Notes under the pieces: generated by a model
Told to the model about the DNA's origin: nothing
What the model saw: only the letters and a program-made list of their open reading frames with translations
The model's database searches: none
Translations under genes and position numbers: made by a program
Virus record (IMG/VR): IMGVR_UViG_3300020045_017575
Span: 1 to 36,722 of that record
Length of the DNA stretch: 36,722 nucleotides
Origin: a virus
Taxonomy: Duplodnaviria; Caudoviricetes
Direction: 5' to 3' (one strand)
In this document: positions 16,362-26,775 of the stretch, piece by piece
Position numbering within the stretch: the first letter of the stretch is position 1
Layout: each line of letters begins with the position of its first letter

Positions 16362-17369
16362 ATGAGTTCAGTTTTTTCAGGTACAAACCAAGGAACATTT
16401 ATTTCCAATGGCCAAGCAAAAATCTTATCAGTGAGATCTGATATTGATTGGATGTGGGTCTTTAACACAACTGTTGCAGCCGCTAATCAGACAACAGCTG
16501 TTGGTGTTAAGTACTACTGGCAACGCGGATTCCCTGCGGGCGCTATGTGGGAATTTAAGAAATCAAACGCTGCAGCAGCAGCTAATTTAGATGTATATGC
16601 TACAACTGGTGGCTTTACACTTATCAATACAAGCATAGATACTCTTGGTGCAGCAGTTGCTTTATCTGCTATATCAAATGCTAACCCACCACTTGTTTCA
16701 ACTGCTGACACATCTGGTTTGAGCAATGGTGACGTCATCAGATTATTTGATGTTACTGGAGCAACACAGCTTGGTGGTGAAGATTTTACCATTGGTAACA
16801 TCATAACCAATACGAGTTTTGAATTAGTAAATATGCAACCAATTGTTGCGGGAACAACTGGGACATTCCGTAGAGTTCCATATGATCCGTACTTCTATCC
16901 ACCAACGAGAGAAATCGCGAAGATATCTAAAGCCACACAGGCAATAGTTACCTTTACGGTTACTCATAACTACACCGTTGGACAGATCCTTAGGTTTAAG
17001 ATACCTACGGTTACCTCCACCACGTTTGGCATGACTGAGCTTAACGACGTTCAAGCAACCATTGTTGCTGTTGGCGCAGCTGATGCTGATGGCGTAACAA
17101 ATACCGTTACCATCAACGTTGACACAACATCCTTTGGTACATTTGCATGGCCATTAACGGCTGACCCTGCTCACACAACTGCACAAACAGTTCCTGTGGG
17201 TCAGAATACCGCACAATCTATTGCTTCTGGCGTAGATGTTCTTGGTGGTTCAGAACGTAACGTAGCGATTATTGGTATGACTCTAGCTGCTGGTGCTAAT
17301 AGCCCTGCAGGTGTAACCAATGATGTAATTTACTGGGTAGCTGGTAAATCATTTAGTGGTGGCGCGTAA
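16362..17369 (+). CDS. Virion structural protein with FCCH-like beta repeats (capsid decoration candidate)
   Basis: Directly follows the capsid gene; two repeats ISNANPPLVST...GLSNGDVI and ISKATQAIVT...HNYTVGQI. Confidence 0.65.
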   Translation: MSSVFSGTNQGTFISNGQAKILSVRSDIDWMWVFNTTVAAANQTTAVGVKYYWQRGFPAGAMWEFKKSNAAAAANLDVYATTGGFTLINTSIDTLGAAVALSAISNANPPLVSTADTSGLSNGDVIRLFDVTGATQLGGEDFTIGNIITNTSFELVNMQPIVAGTTGTFRRVPYDPYFYPPTREIAKISKATQAIVTFTVTHNYTVGQILRFKIPTVTSTTFGMTELNDVQATIVAVGAADADGVTNTVTINVDTTSFGTFAWPLTADPAHTTAQTVPVGQNTAQSIASGVDVLGGSERNVAIIGMTLAAGANSPAGVTNDVIYWVAGKSFSGGA

Positions 17370-17386
17370 ATTAGTTAAATACTATG

Positions 17387-17418
17387 GATGGCAGGTAATT
17401 ATTACCTGCCATCTTCTT
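17387..17418 (+). terminator. Stem-loop after the capsid genes
   Basis: GATGGCAGGTAAT-T-ATTACCTGCCATC followed by TTCTT. Confidence 0.65.
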
Positions 17419-17431
17419 AGGAAAAAACAAA

Positions 17432-17890
17432 ATGATTATAAAAAGTGATAAGAAACCGACAATAGCGGATCTTGCCAAAGACAGACAAGCGCGTAGAGAG
17501 CGCGACAATGAGATGGTAACAGGAATATTTCGTTACATCGAGCATAAAGGCGGAACATTAAACTTTAGATTTAAAAAATACGCAGGCGATGACTATAAGG
17601 AATATAGCCTCGTCGATGGTGAGAGGTATAAGTTACCCAGAATGGTAGCAAGGCACTTGAATAAAGACGTCCATTATACCAAATACAAAACTTTAGATAG
17701 CAATTTTTCTGGTGTTCAGGGGGGAGCTTCTAGTCAGAGGAGTCAGTTTGAAGACGGGACACGTAAAAGAAGCCAAAGTATGGCCCTGGAAGAGAAGGTT
17801 CATAGGTGCGAATTTATGTCACTAGAATTTATGGATGACGACCTTGATTTGATACCAGCAAATATATCCATCGTAAGATCGGTTGTATAA
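17432..17890 (+). CDS. Hypothetical morphogenesis protein
   Basis: 152-aa ORF in the structural operon. Confidence 0.7.
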   Translation: MIIKSDKKPTIADLAKDRQARRERDNEMVTGIFRYIEHKGGTLNFRFKKYAGDDYKEYSLVDGERYKLPRMVARHLNKDVHYTKYKTLDSNFSGVQGGASSQRSQFEDGTRKRSQSMALEEKVHRCEFMSLEFMDDDLDLIPANISIVRSVV

Positions 17891-17898
17891 ATAAATAA

Positions 17899-18300
17899 AT
17901 GGAGTTAGACATGCCATATTACGGTGCTATTCAAAATCCTATTTATGAGCCGGCTGTTAGAGATATATTATCTATAACGCAATCTTACCCTGCAGTTATT
18001 ACCACTACCTTTGATGGAACAACACCCGGTAGTAATGACTATCAAACAGGGCTTATTGTGAGGTTATTTATACCTAATAATTATGGCATGTCTATCTTGA
18101 ATCAGGTCATAGCTACCATAACGGTAATTGATGCTTCATCATTTTCTATACCCCTAGATACCAGATCATTCGACCCGTTTGTTATTCCAGTTGAGGAAGT
18201 TAATCAGCCCAAATTTAATCCGGCTCAAGTGGTTCCGGTTGGGGAAGATACGAGTTCTGTTAGGCAATCGTTTGTAAATATTTTAGCCCCACAATTTTAG
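17899..18300 (+). CDS. Structural protein with one FCCH-like repeat
   Basis: ITQSYPAVITT...YQTGLIVRLFIP..YGM..LN resembles the second repeat of 16362..17369. Confidence 0.6.
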   Translation: MELDMPYYGAIQNPIYEPAVRDILSITQSYPAVITTTFDGTTPGSNDYQTGLIVRLFIPNNYGMSILNQVIATITVIDASSFSIPLDTRSFDPFVIPVEEVNQPKFNPAQVVPVGEDTSSVRQSFVNILAPQF

Positions 18301-18310
18301 GAGAGTAGGA

Positions 18311-19378
18311 ATGGCAGATAGTACCTTGGGCGCGATAAGATTAAAGGTTCGAAGGCTTACCAGGTCTCCTTCGACTGCTCAATTATCGAATGCTGATTTA
18401 GATCAATATATTAATACATTTATTTTGTATGATTTTCCCGAACATTTACGACTGTTTTCTTTAAGGACTCTTTTAACCTTTTACACACAGCCAGGTGTTG
18501 ATGTTTATTCAACTAATTATACTGACCCTCTTGACCCACTATATAATTTCAATAATAAATACATAGCGGTTCATCCACCGGTATTTATATCCGGCGTTCA
18601 GTCTTTTTTCACCCAATATAGAGATGTTTTTTATGGACAGTGGCCACAGACTAATGCAGTTGTTAACACATTAATTAATGGTAATGGGGGCACTTCGTTT
18701 AGTGGTATAATTAACACATTCCCTCCTGCAGGAACACCAGTCGGTGTTAACTCTGGACGAATCTTACAAAACAGTGTGGTATTTACAGCGCTTACGACTG
18801 GAAATGTCGCCATGGTATTAGTAGATTATCCACTGTCTTATGCTACGCCAGCATCTAATATTATTGGTGCTCTTGGACTACCAAATCAGCCACAAGTATT
18901 ACCTTCGCCTTATGGGCAAATAAATTATGTCACCGGTGCGTTTACGATAAACTTTCCCTTTGCCACCTTATCGGGCATAACAAATCCTATATACGCAGAA
19001 TATATCCCTTACGTTCCTGGAAAGCCTTTGAGTGTTCTTTATTATGATAATGAATTTACCATTAGGCCGGTACCAGATAAGTCTTATCCAGTTCAGATTG
19101 AGGTTGATATAAGACCTACTGAAATGCTTGATGCGGGAGCTCCACCACAAATAGAGCAGTGGTGGCAATATATAGCTTATGGCTGCGCAAAAAAAATATT
19201 CGAAGATCGTATGGATATGGATTCTGTACAGATGATAATGCCGGAATTTAATAAGCAGATGAATTTAGTAAATAGAACTTCAATCGTTCAGCAAGCAAAT
19301 GAAAGAACGGTCACCATCTACACGCAAGGCAGAAGTTTTTATGGCTTTGGTGGTTGGGGTCCTAACTTTCCATTTTAA
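18311..19378 (+). CDS. Putative head-tail adaptor / tail tubular protein A-like
   Basis: TLGAIRLKVRRLT...YIN, TIRPVPDKSY, WWQYIAYGCA; position. Confidence 0.65.
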   Translation: MADSTLGAIRLKVRRLTRSPSTAQLSNADLDQYINTFILYDFPEHLRLFSLRTLLTFYTQPGVDVYSTNYTDPLDPLYNFNNKYIAVHPPVFISGVQSFFTQYRDVFYGQWPQTNAVVNTLINGNGGTSFSGIINTFPPAGTPVGVNSGRILQNSVVFTALTTGNVAMVLVDYPLSYATPASNIIGALGLPNQPQVLPSPYGQINYVTGAFTINFPFATLSGITNPIYAEYIPYVPGKPLSVLYYDNEFTIRPVPDKSYPVQIEVDIRPTEMLDAGAPPQIEQWWQYIAYGCAKKIFEDRMDMDSVQMIMPEFNKQMNLVNRTSIVQQANERTVTIYTQGRSFYGFGGWGPNFPF

Positions 19379-19391
19379 TTAAGGATATAAA

Positions 19392-19997
19392 ATGCCATTA
19401 ACAGATGTACCTTTGTCGTCACAAACATTAGCTGAAACTCAGCCAACTATTAGATCTAATTTTGCTACCATTAATACGGCTTTTTCAGTCGACCATGTTC
19501 CTTATGTAGATGGGGGACAAGGTAAACATAAGAAGGTTACCTTTCCTGATAACACTGATGTTATCCCTAACGTTGCGGGCGAATTAACCTTATTTAATAA
19601 AACAACAACTCTTACTGGTATTCCAGATGTTTGGATGCAAAGGGGAAGTGTTGCGTTGGGTACAAAGAATCCTATTCCTATTACTGGTTCATTGCAGGCA
19701 ACTAATGGATGGTCATATTTACCATCAGGATTGCTTATAAAATGGGGAATTGATACTAAAGCAAGAAATACTTTGAGCACTATTACATTTCCAACTGGTG
19801 CTAATATACCGGATTTTTCTTCTATATTTATGGTGCAGGTAAGTCAGACATTTGGAGCTGGCCCAAGTACGAGTGATTTAAATACAGCGGTGAGCGCAGG
19901 AAATATTACCATTGCCAACTTTCAAGTATTTCCTAGGGCAATAGGACTTCCAAATGGAAGTACTGTTAACATATTTTATTACGCTATAGGAAACTAA
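19392..19997 (+). CDS. Tail protein with gp53-like C-terminal domain
   Basis: NGWSYLPSGLLIKWG...ITFP...YYAIGN. Confidence 0.7.
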   Translation: MPLTDVPLSSQTLAETQPTIRSNFATINTAFSVDHVPYVDGGQGKHKKVTFPDNTDVIPNVAGELTLFNKTTTLTGIPDVWMQRGSVALGTKNPIPITGSLQATNGWSYLPSGLLIKWGIDTKARNTLSTITFPTGANIPDFSSIFMVQVSQTFGAGPSTSDLNTAVSAGNITIANFQVFPRAIGLPNGSTVNIFYYAIGN

Positions 19998-19998
19998 C

Positions 19999-22221
19999 AT
20001 GCCAATGGATCGTTTTTTTATAACACCCTTTGATAGTAATTCAGGTATTCAACGTGATAAAAAGCCTTTCTTTATCACTGATGAAGCATTTCAAGAGCTC
20101 AACAATGCTTACTGTTGGCGTGGGAGAATAAAAAAACGATTTGGATCGCGTTGGTTTGGAGATACGCAATTAGTATCCCGACTTCGTGTTCAAGTTGGTA
20201 CTATTGGCGTTCCTATTTCTCCCGTTCCGGGATCGCAATTTAATGTTGGTCAAATGTTTTCTGCTGGCACTCAAATATTTACCGTAACAACGGTAGGTGC
20301 TGTTCAACCAATGCTTGCCACCGGCCCAGGAACCGGCACTTTCTCTACCACTAACGGCGCATTTGCTCTTGCGGCCACAGGTCTTGCGGCAGGAACCCCT
20401 ATTTATTGGTATCCATCTTTACCAGTAATGGGAATGGCATCATTTGAGAATGCGGCGGTAAATAATGAACCTTTAATAGCATTTGATACGCAGTTTGCTT
20501 ATGAATATAACAATGGCTGGGAAAGACTCGCTACCGAAACAAATGCGGGCGATTCAGTATGGACAGGAAGCAACGCACAATTCTTTTGGTTTACTACTTA
20601 TACCGGTGCAAATGCCTACGATTATGCCTTGTTTGTAACTAATTTTAATGAATTAGAGCCAAATTTTATGAGATATCTAGTGGCCACAACATGGACCACC
20701 TTTAATCCAGCCATTAGTGCCGCATTATTTCTTAACTGCGCCCGAATACTGATCCCATTTAAGAATAGAATGCTTGCGTTTAATACTTGGGAAGGGGCGG
20801 ATATTCCAACTCAGCAACAATATGCATTTCGCATGAGATATTCTGCTATTGGATCACCTTTGGATGTAGATGCATGGAGGCAAGACTTACCTGGAAAAGG
20901 TGGTGGTCGCGATTGCCCCACCCTTGAAGCAGTTGTTACTGTTCAGTTTGTTAAAGATCGCTTAATTGTCTTCTGTGAAGAATCTACGTGGGAAATAGTA
21001 TTTACTGGCAACCAGCAATCGCCATTTGTGTGGCAGCAGATTAACTCTGAGCTTGGGGTAGAATCAACCTTCTCTGTGGTGCCCTTTGATAAGGTTGCAG
21101 TAGGTGTAGGTAATGTTGGTATTATTGCTTGTACTGGTACAAATGTTGATCGTGTTGATGATAAAATACCTGACGAAGTGTTTGCTATACACAATCTCAA
21201 TGATGGTCCTGAAAGAGTATTTGGTATAAGAGACTATAAAACTGAGTTGCTTTATTGGGCTTTCCCTAGCGTTACCGCAAGCGCAGATTTTCCTTACCCT
21301 AATAGGGTTTTGGTATATAACTATAAGAATGGTACCTGGGCATTTAATGATGATAGTATTACAGCCTTTGGTTACTTCCAACCTCAACAGGGAGTTCTTT
21401 GGTCATCAACTACTATCACTTGGGCTGATGATATTTTATGGAGTTCAGGCTCTATTCAGGGATTATTTAGACAGGTTGTCGCGGGCAATCAACAGGGGTA
21501 TACATTCATCGTTGATCCTGGGGTAACTACGAACGCCTCGGTTTTGCAGATAACCGATATTACTATTGCGACCGCAGGTAGCAACGTGGTCACTATTACC
21601 TCGATTGATCATAATCTTAGGTATGGTGATTATGTATATTTTCAAGACATTCAAGACGATGGTAACTTAGGCCTCCTTAATGGCAAGATTTTTCCGGTAA
21701 AACAGGAAGATCCTGAAGATCCAAATAGTTTCTTTATCGTATATGAAGATGATATTGATTCTATTCTTGCAGGAGTATATGAGGGAGCGGGAACTATGTC
21801 TCGCGTAAGCCAGATACAATTGAAGACTAAGCAATATAACTTTTACCTGGATAAGGGTAGAAATGCCTATGTATCTAAGGTCGACTTTCTCGTTGATAAA
21901 ACTCAGTATGGTGAAATAGGGGTAGATTTTTATATCTCAACTTCTGAAATCGGTATGGTTGGTGCGAGTAATTCATTTTCAGGTACAGGGTCATTGATAG
22001 GCTCATCTAACCTGGAAACTTTCCCTTATCTCACCGTTCCTCTTGAGGCAAGTTCTACCCAGGTATGGCACCCCATATATTTCCAGGCGGATGGTGAATT
22101 TATTCAACTTGATATCAAGTTAACCGATGAGCAGATGATTAATCCATTAGTCAGAATCTCTGATTTTCAGCTCCATGCGATGACGTTTTTCGCTCAGCCT
22201 TCATCTTATAGGAATCAATAA
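19999..22221 (+). CDS. Tail hub/nozzle (P22 gp10 or tubular protein B-like)
   Basis: 740 aa, beta-rich; GRIKKRFG, RMRYS, LYWAFP...NRVLVYNY..GTWA. Confidence 0.7.
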   Translation: MPMDRFFITPFDSNSGIQRDKKPFFITDEAFQELNNAYCWRGRIKKRFGSRWFGDTQLVSRLRVQVGTIGVPISPVPGSQFNVGQMFSAGTQIFTVTTVGAVQPMLATGPGTGTFSTTNGAFALAATGLAAGTPIYWYPSLPVMGMASFENAAVNNEPLIAFDTQFAYEYNNGWERLATETNAGDSVWTGSNAQFFWFTTYTGANAYDYALFVTNFNELEPNFMRYLVATTWTTFNPAISAALFLNCARILIPFKNRMLAFNTWEGADIPTQQQYAFRMRYSAIGSPLDVDAWRQDLPGKGGGRDCPTLEAVVTVQFVKDRLIVFCEESTWEIVFTGNQQSPFVWQQINSELGVESTFSVVPFDKVAVGVGNVGIIACTGTNVDRVDDKIPDEVFAIHNLNDGPERVFGIRDYKTELLYWAFPSVTASADFPYPNRVLVYNYKNGTWAFNDDSITAFGYFQPQQGVLWSSTTITWADDILWSSGSIQGLFRQVVAGNQQGYTFIVDPGVTTNASVLQITDITIATAGSNVVTITSIDHNLRYGDYVYFQDIQDDGNLGLLNGKIFPVKQEDPEDPNSFFIVYEDDIDSILAGVYEGAGTMSRVSQIQLKTKQYNFYLDKGRNAYVSKVDFLVDKTQYGEIGVDFYISTSEIGMVGASNSFSGTGSLIGSSNLETFPYLTVPLEASSTQVWHPIYFQADGEFIQLDIKLTDEQMINPLVRISDFQLHAMTFFAQPSSYRNQ

Positions 22222-22754
22222 TGGCCGGCTTTTTACCAGATCAATTAGAGAACACAGGCATATATATTGCCACTACTGATGTCTATGAAATCAATCAGAT
22301 TCTTGATGCTAATTTAAGCCTGGAAGATATAAAGCTTTTGATGGTTCGTTTGTACCAGAACTTGAACGCCATGGCTCTCGCTTTGAATTTAAAAGACTCT
22401 GCCATGTATGTTGAGAATCAGTTTGTTAATAACCAGATGTTCTTTTCAACCGATGCGGATAACCCAGACAATCTGCGCAATGTGTTTAGATTGGTTGTTG
22501 ATGTGGGAGCGGTTGGCGCCGGTGCTACTACGGTAGCCCATAATCTTACTATTTTATCGACTTGGCAGTTCACTAGGATATATGGGGTTGTTAATAATAC
22601 TACTACAGGTAACTATTACCCTATTCCGTGGGCATCTGCGGCGGGAGCTACAAATATTGAATTAAGAGTTGATAATACGAATGTTGTTATTACCAATAAT
22701 AGTGGGTTAGTCTTTACTACATGTTATGTGATTTTAGAATGGTTAAAAAACTAA
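22221..22754 (+). CDS. Tail-associated structural protein
   Basis: Coupled to the previous gene; N-terminal helix plus beta C-terminus. Confidence 0.6.
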   Translation: MAGFLPDQLENTGIYIATTDVYEINQILDANLSLEDIKLLMVRLYQNLNAMALALNLKDSAMYVENQFVNNQMFFSTDADNPDNLRNVFRLVVDVGAVGAGATTVAHNLTILSTWQFTRIYGVVNNTTTGNYYPIPWASAAGATNIELRVDNTNVVITNNSGLVFTTCYVILEWLKN

Positions 22755-22763
22755 GGAAGTTAT

Positions 22764-23438
22764 ATGGCTTTTGAGCAAAATCCCCAGTTGATGCAGCTGC
22801 TAAATTCTAGTTATGCAGCGCCCGAGCAACAGCAACAACAATATAGAAATCCTTTACAAAGACAGGCTCCTCAACAACGATATGGTCAGCAGCAAGGATA
22901 TGCTAATCAAAATCCTATGATGTACATGCAAGAACAACCTAATCAGAAAAATTGGTGGCAAAGTGCTTGGGAGTACCTTCTTGGCTCTAACCCACAGTAT
23001 GGCTACTCATCAGACTACACGCCTTATCAACGTCAAGGATTCCAGGACATATTCAATCAAGGTATGAGTAACCTACAGAATCCTTATGAAGGGTTTAATG
23101 AGATAGAGAATTCTACGCGGGACTATTATAAAAATCAGTTAGCTCCTAGTGTGGCTAATCAATTTACTAGTATGGGTGGTGGTGCATTAAGCTCGCCTGA
23201 TTTTGCTAAACAATTAGGCGAAGCGGGCACCGGCCTAGCATCTCAACTTGCTCAACATAAAATTGGTTACGGCCAACAGAATAGACAGTTTGGTTTGCAG
23301 CAAGCTCAGTTAGGATTGACGCCACAGTACCAAAGCTTTTATCAGCCAGCTACAGGTGGTTTAATTGGTGGCGCTCTTAATGCGATTCCACAGCTAGCTA
23401 AAACAGGCGTTAAATATGGTTTAATGGGGAGACAATAA
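22764..23438 (+). CDS. Putative DNA ejection (pilot) protein
   Basis: Q/G-rich, low complexity; position after the tail genes. Confidence 0.6.
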   Translation: MAFEQNPQLMQLLNSSYAAPEQQQQQYRNPLQRQAPQQRYGQQQGYANQNPMMYMQEQPNQKNWWQSAWEYLLGSNPQYGYSSDYTPYQRQGFQDIFNQGMSNLQNPYEGFNEIENSTRDYYKNQLAPSVANQFTSMGGGALSSPDFAKQLGEAGTGLASQLAQHKIGYGQQNRQFGLQQAQLGLTPQYQSFYQPATGGLIGGALNAIPQLAKTGVKYGLMGRQ

Positions 23439-25804
23439 TGCGTATTATTCCAAATATGTCTTGGAATGCGTTACTTGGTGAAAACCTAGGTAAGGCGGTT
23501 GGTGGTGGTTTAGCTGGTGGTCTTGAGGCTTTGACTGAACATAAGATGGGACAAATGGCTCAACAGAAAAAGTCTCAAGGATTATCGGCTTTAGGATATT
23601 CTCCTGATCAAGTAAAAGGATTGGTTAATTTACCAGACCCGCTTTTGCAGCAGTATTTAAAAAATGACCATGCCCAGAAGATGCAACAGCAAAAATTTGC
23701 CTATCAAAATCAATTGATGGATCAAACTCGTGGCTTATTTGATGAAAATAATAATATTCAAAATGGCCAACCTAACAATAATTTGCAGCAAAATAATCAA
23801 CAACAAGATAATGGTTATGAGCTTGGCCAAAAAATATTTGGTAATAATGAACCACTTGGACCAGTAGGACCAATGGGTGAACAATTATTACCACAAAAAA
23901 AACAACAACCTTCTAATTACGCTAATCAACAGCTAAAAAAAGAAGTCCGTGCTCCTATGGCAATGAAAACTCCTATTGGCTTGCCGGCAAAATTACATAT
24001 GCAATTCGAGCAAGAAAAATTAAAAAAACAGGCAAGGGCAGATGCTACTAATCAGGGATTTAAAGATCCATTTCTTTCTGAAGTAAAACTTTCCAATGAA
24101 CTTATTGATCTTTTAGACACTCAACAAAGATTAAGAGAAACAAATAAAGTATCTACCGGATTTGCTGGCGCATATAAACCCTTATGGGCGCAAAATCATG
24201 AAACTAAAACATACAACGCCAATTCAAATCGTATAGCTGTTTTGCTTGCAGGACTTTCCAAAGGTGTTCCAACAAACTTTAAAATAAAAATGGAACAATT
24301 AGCAAAGGCTAATATAGAACAAGATTATGAAACGCAGAAACTTCTTGAAGATCAAGTAAGAAAAAAAGTTGAAGAAACATTAGATAAAAAGAAAATATAT
24401 GATGATATTCTTTTGGAAAATGATAACTATTTACCACCAAATGTATCTTCAATAATAGATCGTCGATATGACGATCTAAAAAAAAATAATATAACATCTC
24501 AACAAAGTGGTTTGGGTGTTAAGCCTAATGAGCAAAAGGCGATTCAACAACCAGAATCTGGCAAGAGTACGTTCTCCCCATCAAATATAGCGCGAGTTGG
24601 TTCAGGTCTAGCTGCTCGATTTGCAGAACCAGTTGGTGAGCAATTACAAGACTTAGCTTCATTGGGACTTGGCGCGGCTAATTATTTAACTGAAGGTAAA
24701 GTTCCCACTTATGGTCAGATGCGTGAAAAGTATCCCTTTTTGCCACCGCAAGAATTAAGTGAAATAACAGATAAAATAACGCAAGGTTATACAGCTCCGC
24801 AGGGAGACGTTGAACAGTTCTTTCAAAATGCAGCGCGTGCAGCGGGAACGTTAGCTTCTGTATTAGTGGGTGGTGCAAGTAAGGCAATAACAAAAGGGTT
24901 ATCACTGATTGTTAATCCTAAGATAGCAGCAACTATTCCAAAACTTGTGATGCCTTTTAGTGGTATATCATGGCAGAGGGCGTTAGGATTAGGTATTGCG
25001 TCTGAATCTACTGGTAAGGTGCTAGAGGGTCTTGGCGCAAGCCCGACTCAACAAGGATTAGGTAAAATGGCTATTTTACTTGCTGGATCTGGTGGTTATG
25101 GCAAAGGAGCAATGCTTAAGTCAGCAGAAGAAAGCTATCAAGCTGCAGAAAAAAGTGGCGCTGGGAAGTTAGTTAATATTAAAAATGCTGAGTTAAAATT
25201 AAATGATTTGGCTAATAAGACAGCTAAGGGATTTGATCCTAATAAAAAGATTGTTGAAGGTGTTATTGATGAAGCTAGAAATGCTTTAAATTCAAATAAA
25301 ACTGCCACAAGTCAGGTTCCTATTAACTCTTTAGTTGAGCTTAAAAAACAAGCTAATAAATGGTATTCAATGGCAGAATCTCCCCGTGTTCCTGGAGAGA
25401 AGCATTTGCCTAAAGAATCAAAGAAAATAATTGGTGAGATAACTAGAATTATTAATGAACCAATTAAGGAATTTGGTTTATCACACCCATCTTTTGGCAA
25501 ACCGTTTGCATTAGGTGAGGATATGTGGAGAGCAGTTCACGATGTTGATAAGGTAAATAAGTTTATTGATAATAACTTATCACTTACTTGGGGATTGAAG
25601 ACGGTGCCTGGTAAAGCATTAGCTCTTGGTTCAACTGCTTTTGGTATTGGAAAAATAGCTGAAAAGATACATTTGTTCAAGAATCATCCAGTGGCATTAA
25701 AGCATTTAGGTAAGGCTATCAATGCAGCGGTATTACAAGATGCTACCGCATTTGGTAGAGAAATGGCTATTATAGATAGACAGATTAAGAAGTCTAATCA
25801 ATAA
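23438..25804 (+). CDS. Putative large DNA ejection protein
   Basis: 788 aa, helical A/G/Q-rich, LGKAVGGGLAGGL N-terminus; last gene of the operon. Confidence 0.6.
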   Translation: MRIIPNMSWNALLGENLGKAVGGGLAGGLEALTEHKMGQMAQQKKSQGLSALGYSPDQVKGLVNLPDPLLQQYLKNDHAQKMQQQKFAYQNQLMDQTRGLFDENNNIQNGQPNNNLQQNNQQQDNGYELGQKIFGNNEPLGPVGPMGEQLLPQKKQQPSNYANQQLKKEVRAPMAMKTPIGLPAKLHMQFEQEKLKKQARADATNQGFKDPFLSEVKLSNELIDLLDTQQRLRETNKVSTGFAGAYKPLWAQNHETKTYNANSNRIAVLLAGLSKGVPTNFKIKMEQLAKANIEQDYETQKLLEDQVRKKVEETLDKKKIYDDILLENDNYLPPNVSSIIDRRYDDLKKNNITSQQSGLGVKPNEQKAIQQPESGKSTFSPSNIARVGSGLAARFAEPVGEQLQDLASLGLGAANYLTEGKVPTYGQMREKYPFLPPQELSEITDKITQGYTAPQGDVEQFFQNAARAAGTLASVLVGGASKAITKGLSLIVNPKIAATIPKLVMPFSGISWQRALGLGIASESTGKVLEGLGASPTQQGLGKMAILLAGSGGYGKGAMLKSAEESYQAAEKSGAGKLVNIKNAELKLNDLANKTAKGFDPNKKIVEGVIDEARNALNSNKTATSQVPINSLVELKKQANKWYSMAESPRVPGEKHLPKESKKIIGEITRIINEPIKEFGLSHPSFGKPFALGEDMWRAVHDVDKVNKFIDNNLSLTWGLKTVPGKALALGSTAFGIGKIAEKIHLFKNHPVALKHLGKAINAAVLQDATAFGREMAIIDRQIKKSNQ

Positions 25805-25868
25805 AAAGAACTATTGCTATGACAAAAAAAAGATACCAAAGTGCAGCTTTACAGATCAAATCAAACAT
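25794..25868 (-). CDS. 24-aa hydrophobic peptide MFDLICKAALWYLFFVIAIVLFID
   Basis: AAGGA SD upstream on the minus strand; single TM. Confidence 0.45.
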   Translation of the reverse strand: MFDLICKAALWYLFFVIAIVLFID

Positions 25869-25890
25869 GTTGTTTATCCTTGTTGTTTAT

Positions 25891-25926
25891 TCATGAAGAG
25901 GACGATGGACATCGTCCTCTTCATGA
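25891..25926. repeat. Perfect 17-bp inverted repeat
   Basis: TCATGAAGAGGACGATG-ga-CATCGTCCTCTTCATGA. Confidence 0.85.
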
Positions 25927-25951
25927 TGATTATCTAACTGTTTTGTGTTTT

Positions 25952-26194
25952 TTACTTTTTTATACTTCCATCGCAAAAATGTTTTTTTAAAAAATCTAAT
26001 ATGTTTTTCTTGGTGTAAAAAATTTTTCCCTTTTGACCTTTAATTCCCTTGCGTTGTATAAAGTCTGGGGAAAGACCTCTTACCCTTGCTAAGTAAGCAG
26101 CATCAGTACTGGTATACAATCCCAATTTTACTAAATCGCTAGGGGTTAAGAGTTCTGGGTATTCGCTAAGATCAATAATAAAACACTCATCCAT
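25952..26194 (-). CDS. Excisionase/MerR-like HTH protein
   Basis: YPELLTPSDLVKLG...AYLARVRGLSPDFI...KIFYTKKNILDFL. Confidence 0.65.
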   Translation of the reverse strand: MDECFIIDLSEYPELLTPSDLVKLGLYTSTDAAYLARVRGLSPDFIQRKGIKGQKGKIFYTKKNILDFLKKHFCDGSIKK

Positions 26195-26213
26195 TCCAAT
26201 CTCTCCATTTTTA

Positions 26214-26771
26214 TTATCTTTTCCAACTTCTTTTCAAAACACATTCTCTAAATCCACACCATAACTTCCCATGCATATTGCATGTTGGGTACGAATCGGG
26301 CATTAACGTTAAAACTATCGCATCGACAACCAGTATGATGAGCGTTAATACAGATATGATTGCCCATATTTTGAATTCTATAGGGCCCTTTTGGAACATT
26401 AATAGGGGCATCCATAAAGTTATAGCAATCAAGGTAAACTTAAACTTATATAAGCTCTGGTTAAAAAAAGATCTTCTTGTAACTTCTTCAATAACCATTT
26501 GTCCATTTTTTAAAGCTTGTCTCGCCTTAGACTCTTCTTTTATTGCTGGATCTTTTGACTTTATACCACGAGAGTTTATCCAGCATTCCTTAGAGCATGT
26601 TTTTCGTGCTTCTTTTATTCTTCTTTCGAATTCTTTAGAGCAATATATGCACGTTGCCAGCTCATTTTTGGATGCGTAATGGCACTTCTTTGAGCAGAAT
26701 TTCCCTGATCTATCTTGATCGTTATACATGAATTCTATTGAGCAATTGATGCACCTTCCTTGTTGCAGCAT
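26214..26771 (-). CDS. Zn-finger repeat protein with two TM helices
   Basis: Two CxxC..EF...CSKxC repeats, two hydrophobic segments, C-terminal CNMHGKLWCGFREC. Confidence 0.65.
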   Translation of the reverse strand: MLQQGRCINCSIEFMYNDQDRSGKFCSKKCHYASKNELATCIYCSKEFERRIKEARKTCSKECWINSRGIKSKDPAIKEESKARQALKNGQMVIEEVTRRSFFNQSLYKFKFTLIAITLWMPLLMFQKGPIEFKIWAIISVLTLIILVVDAIVLTLMPDSYPTCNMHGKLWCGFRECVLKRSWKR

Positions 26772-26775
26772 TTTA

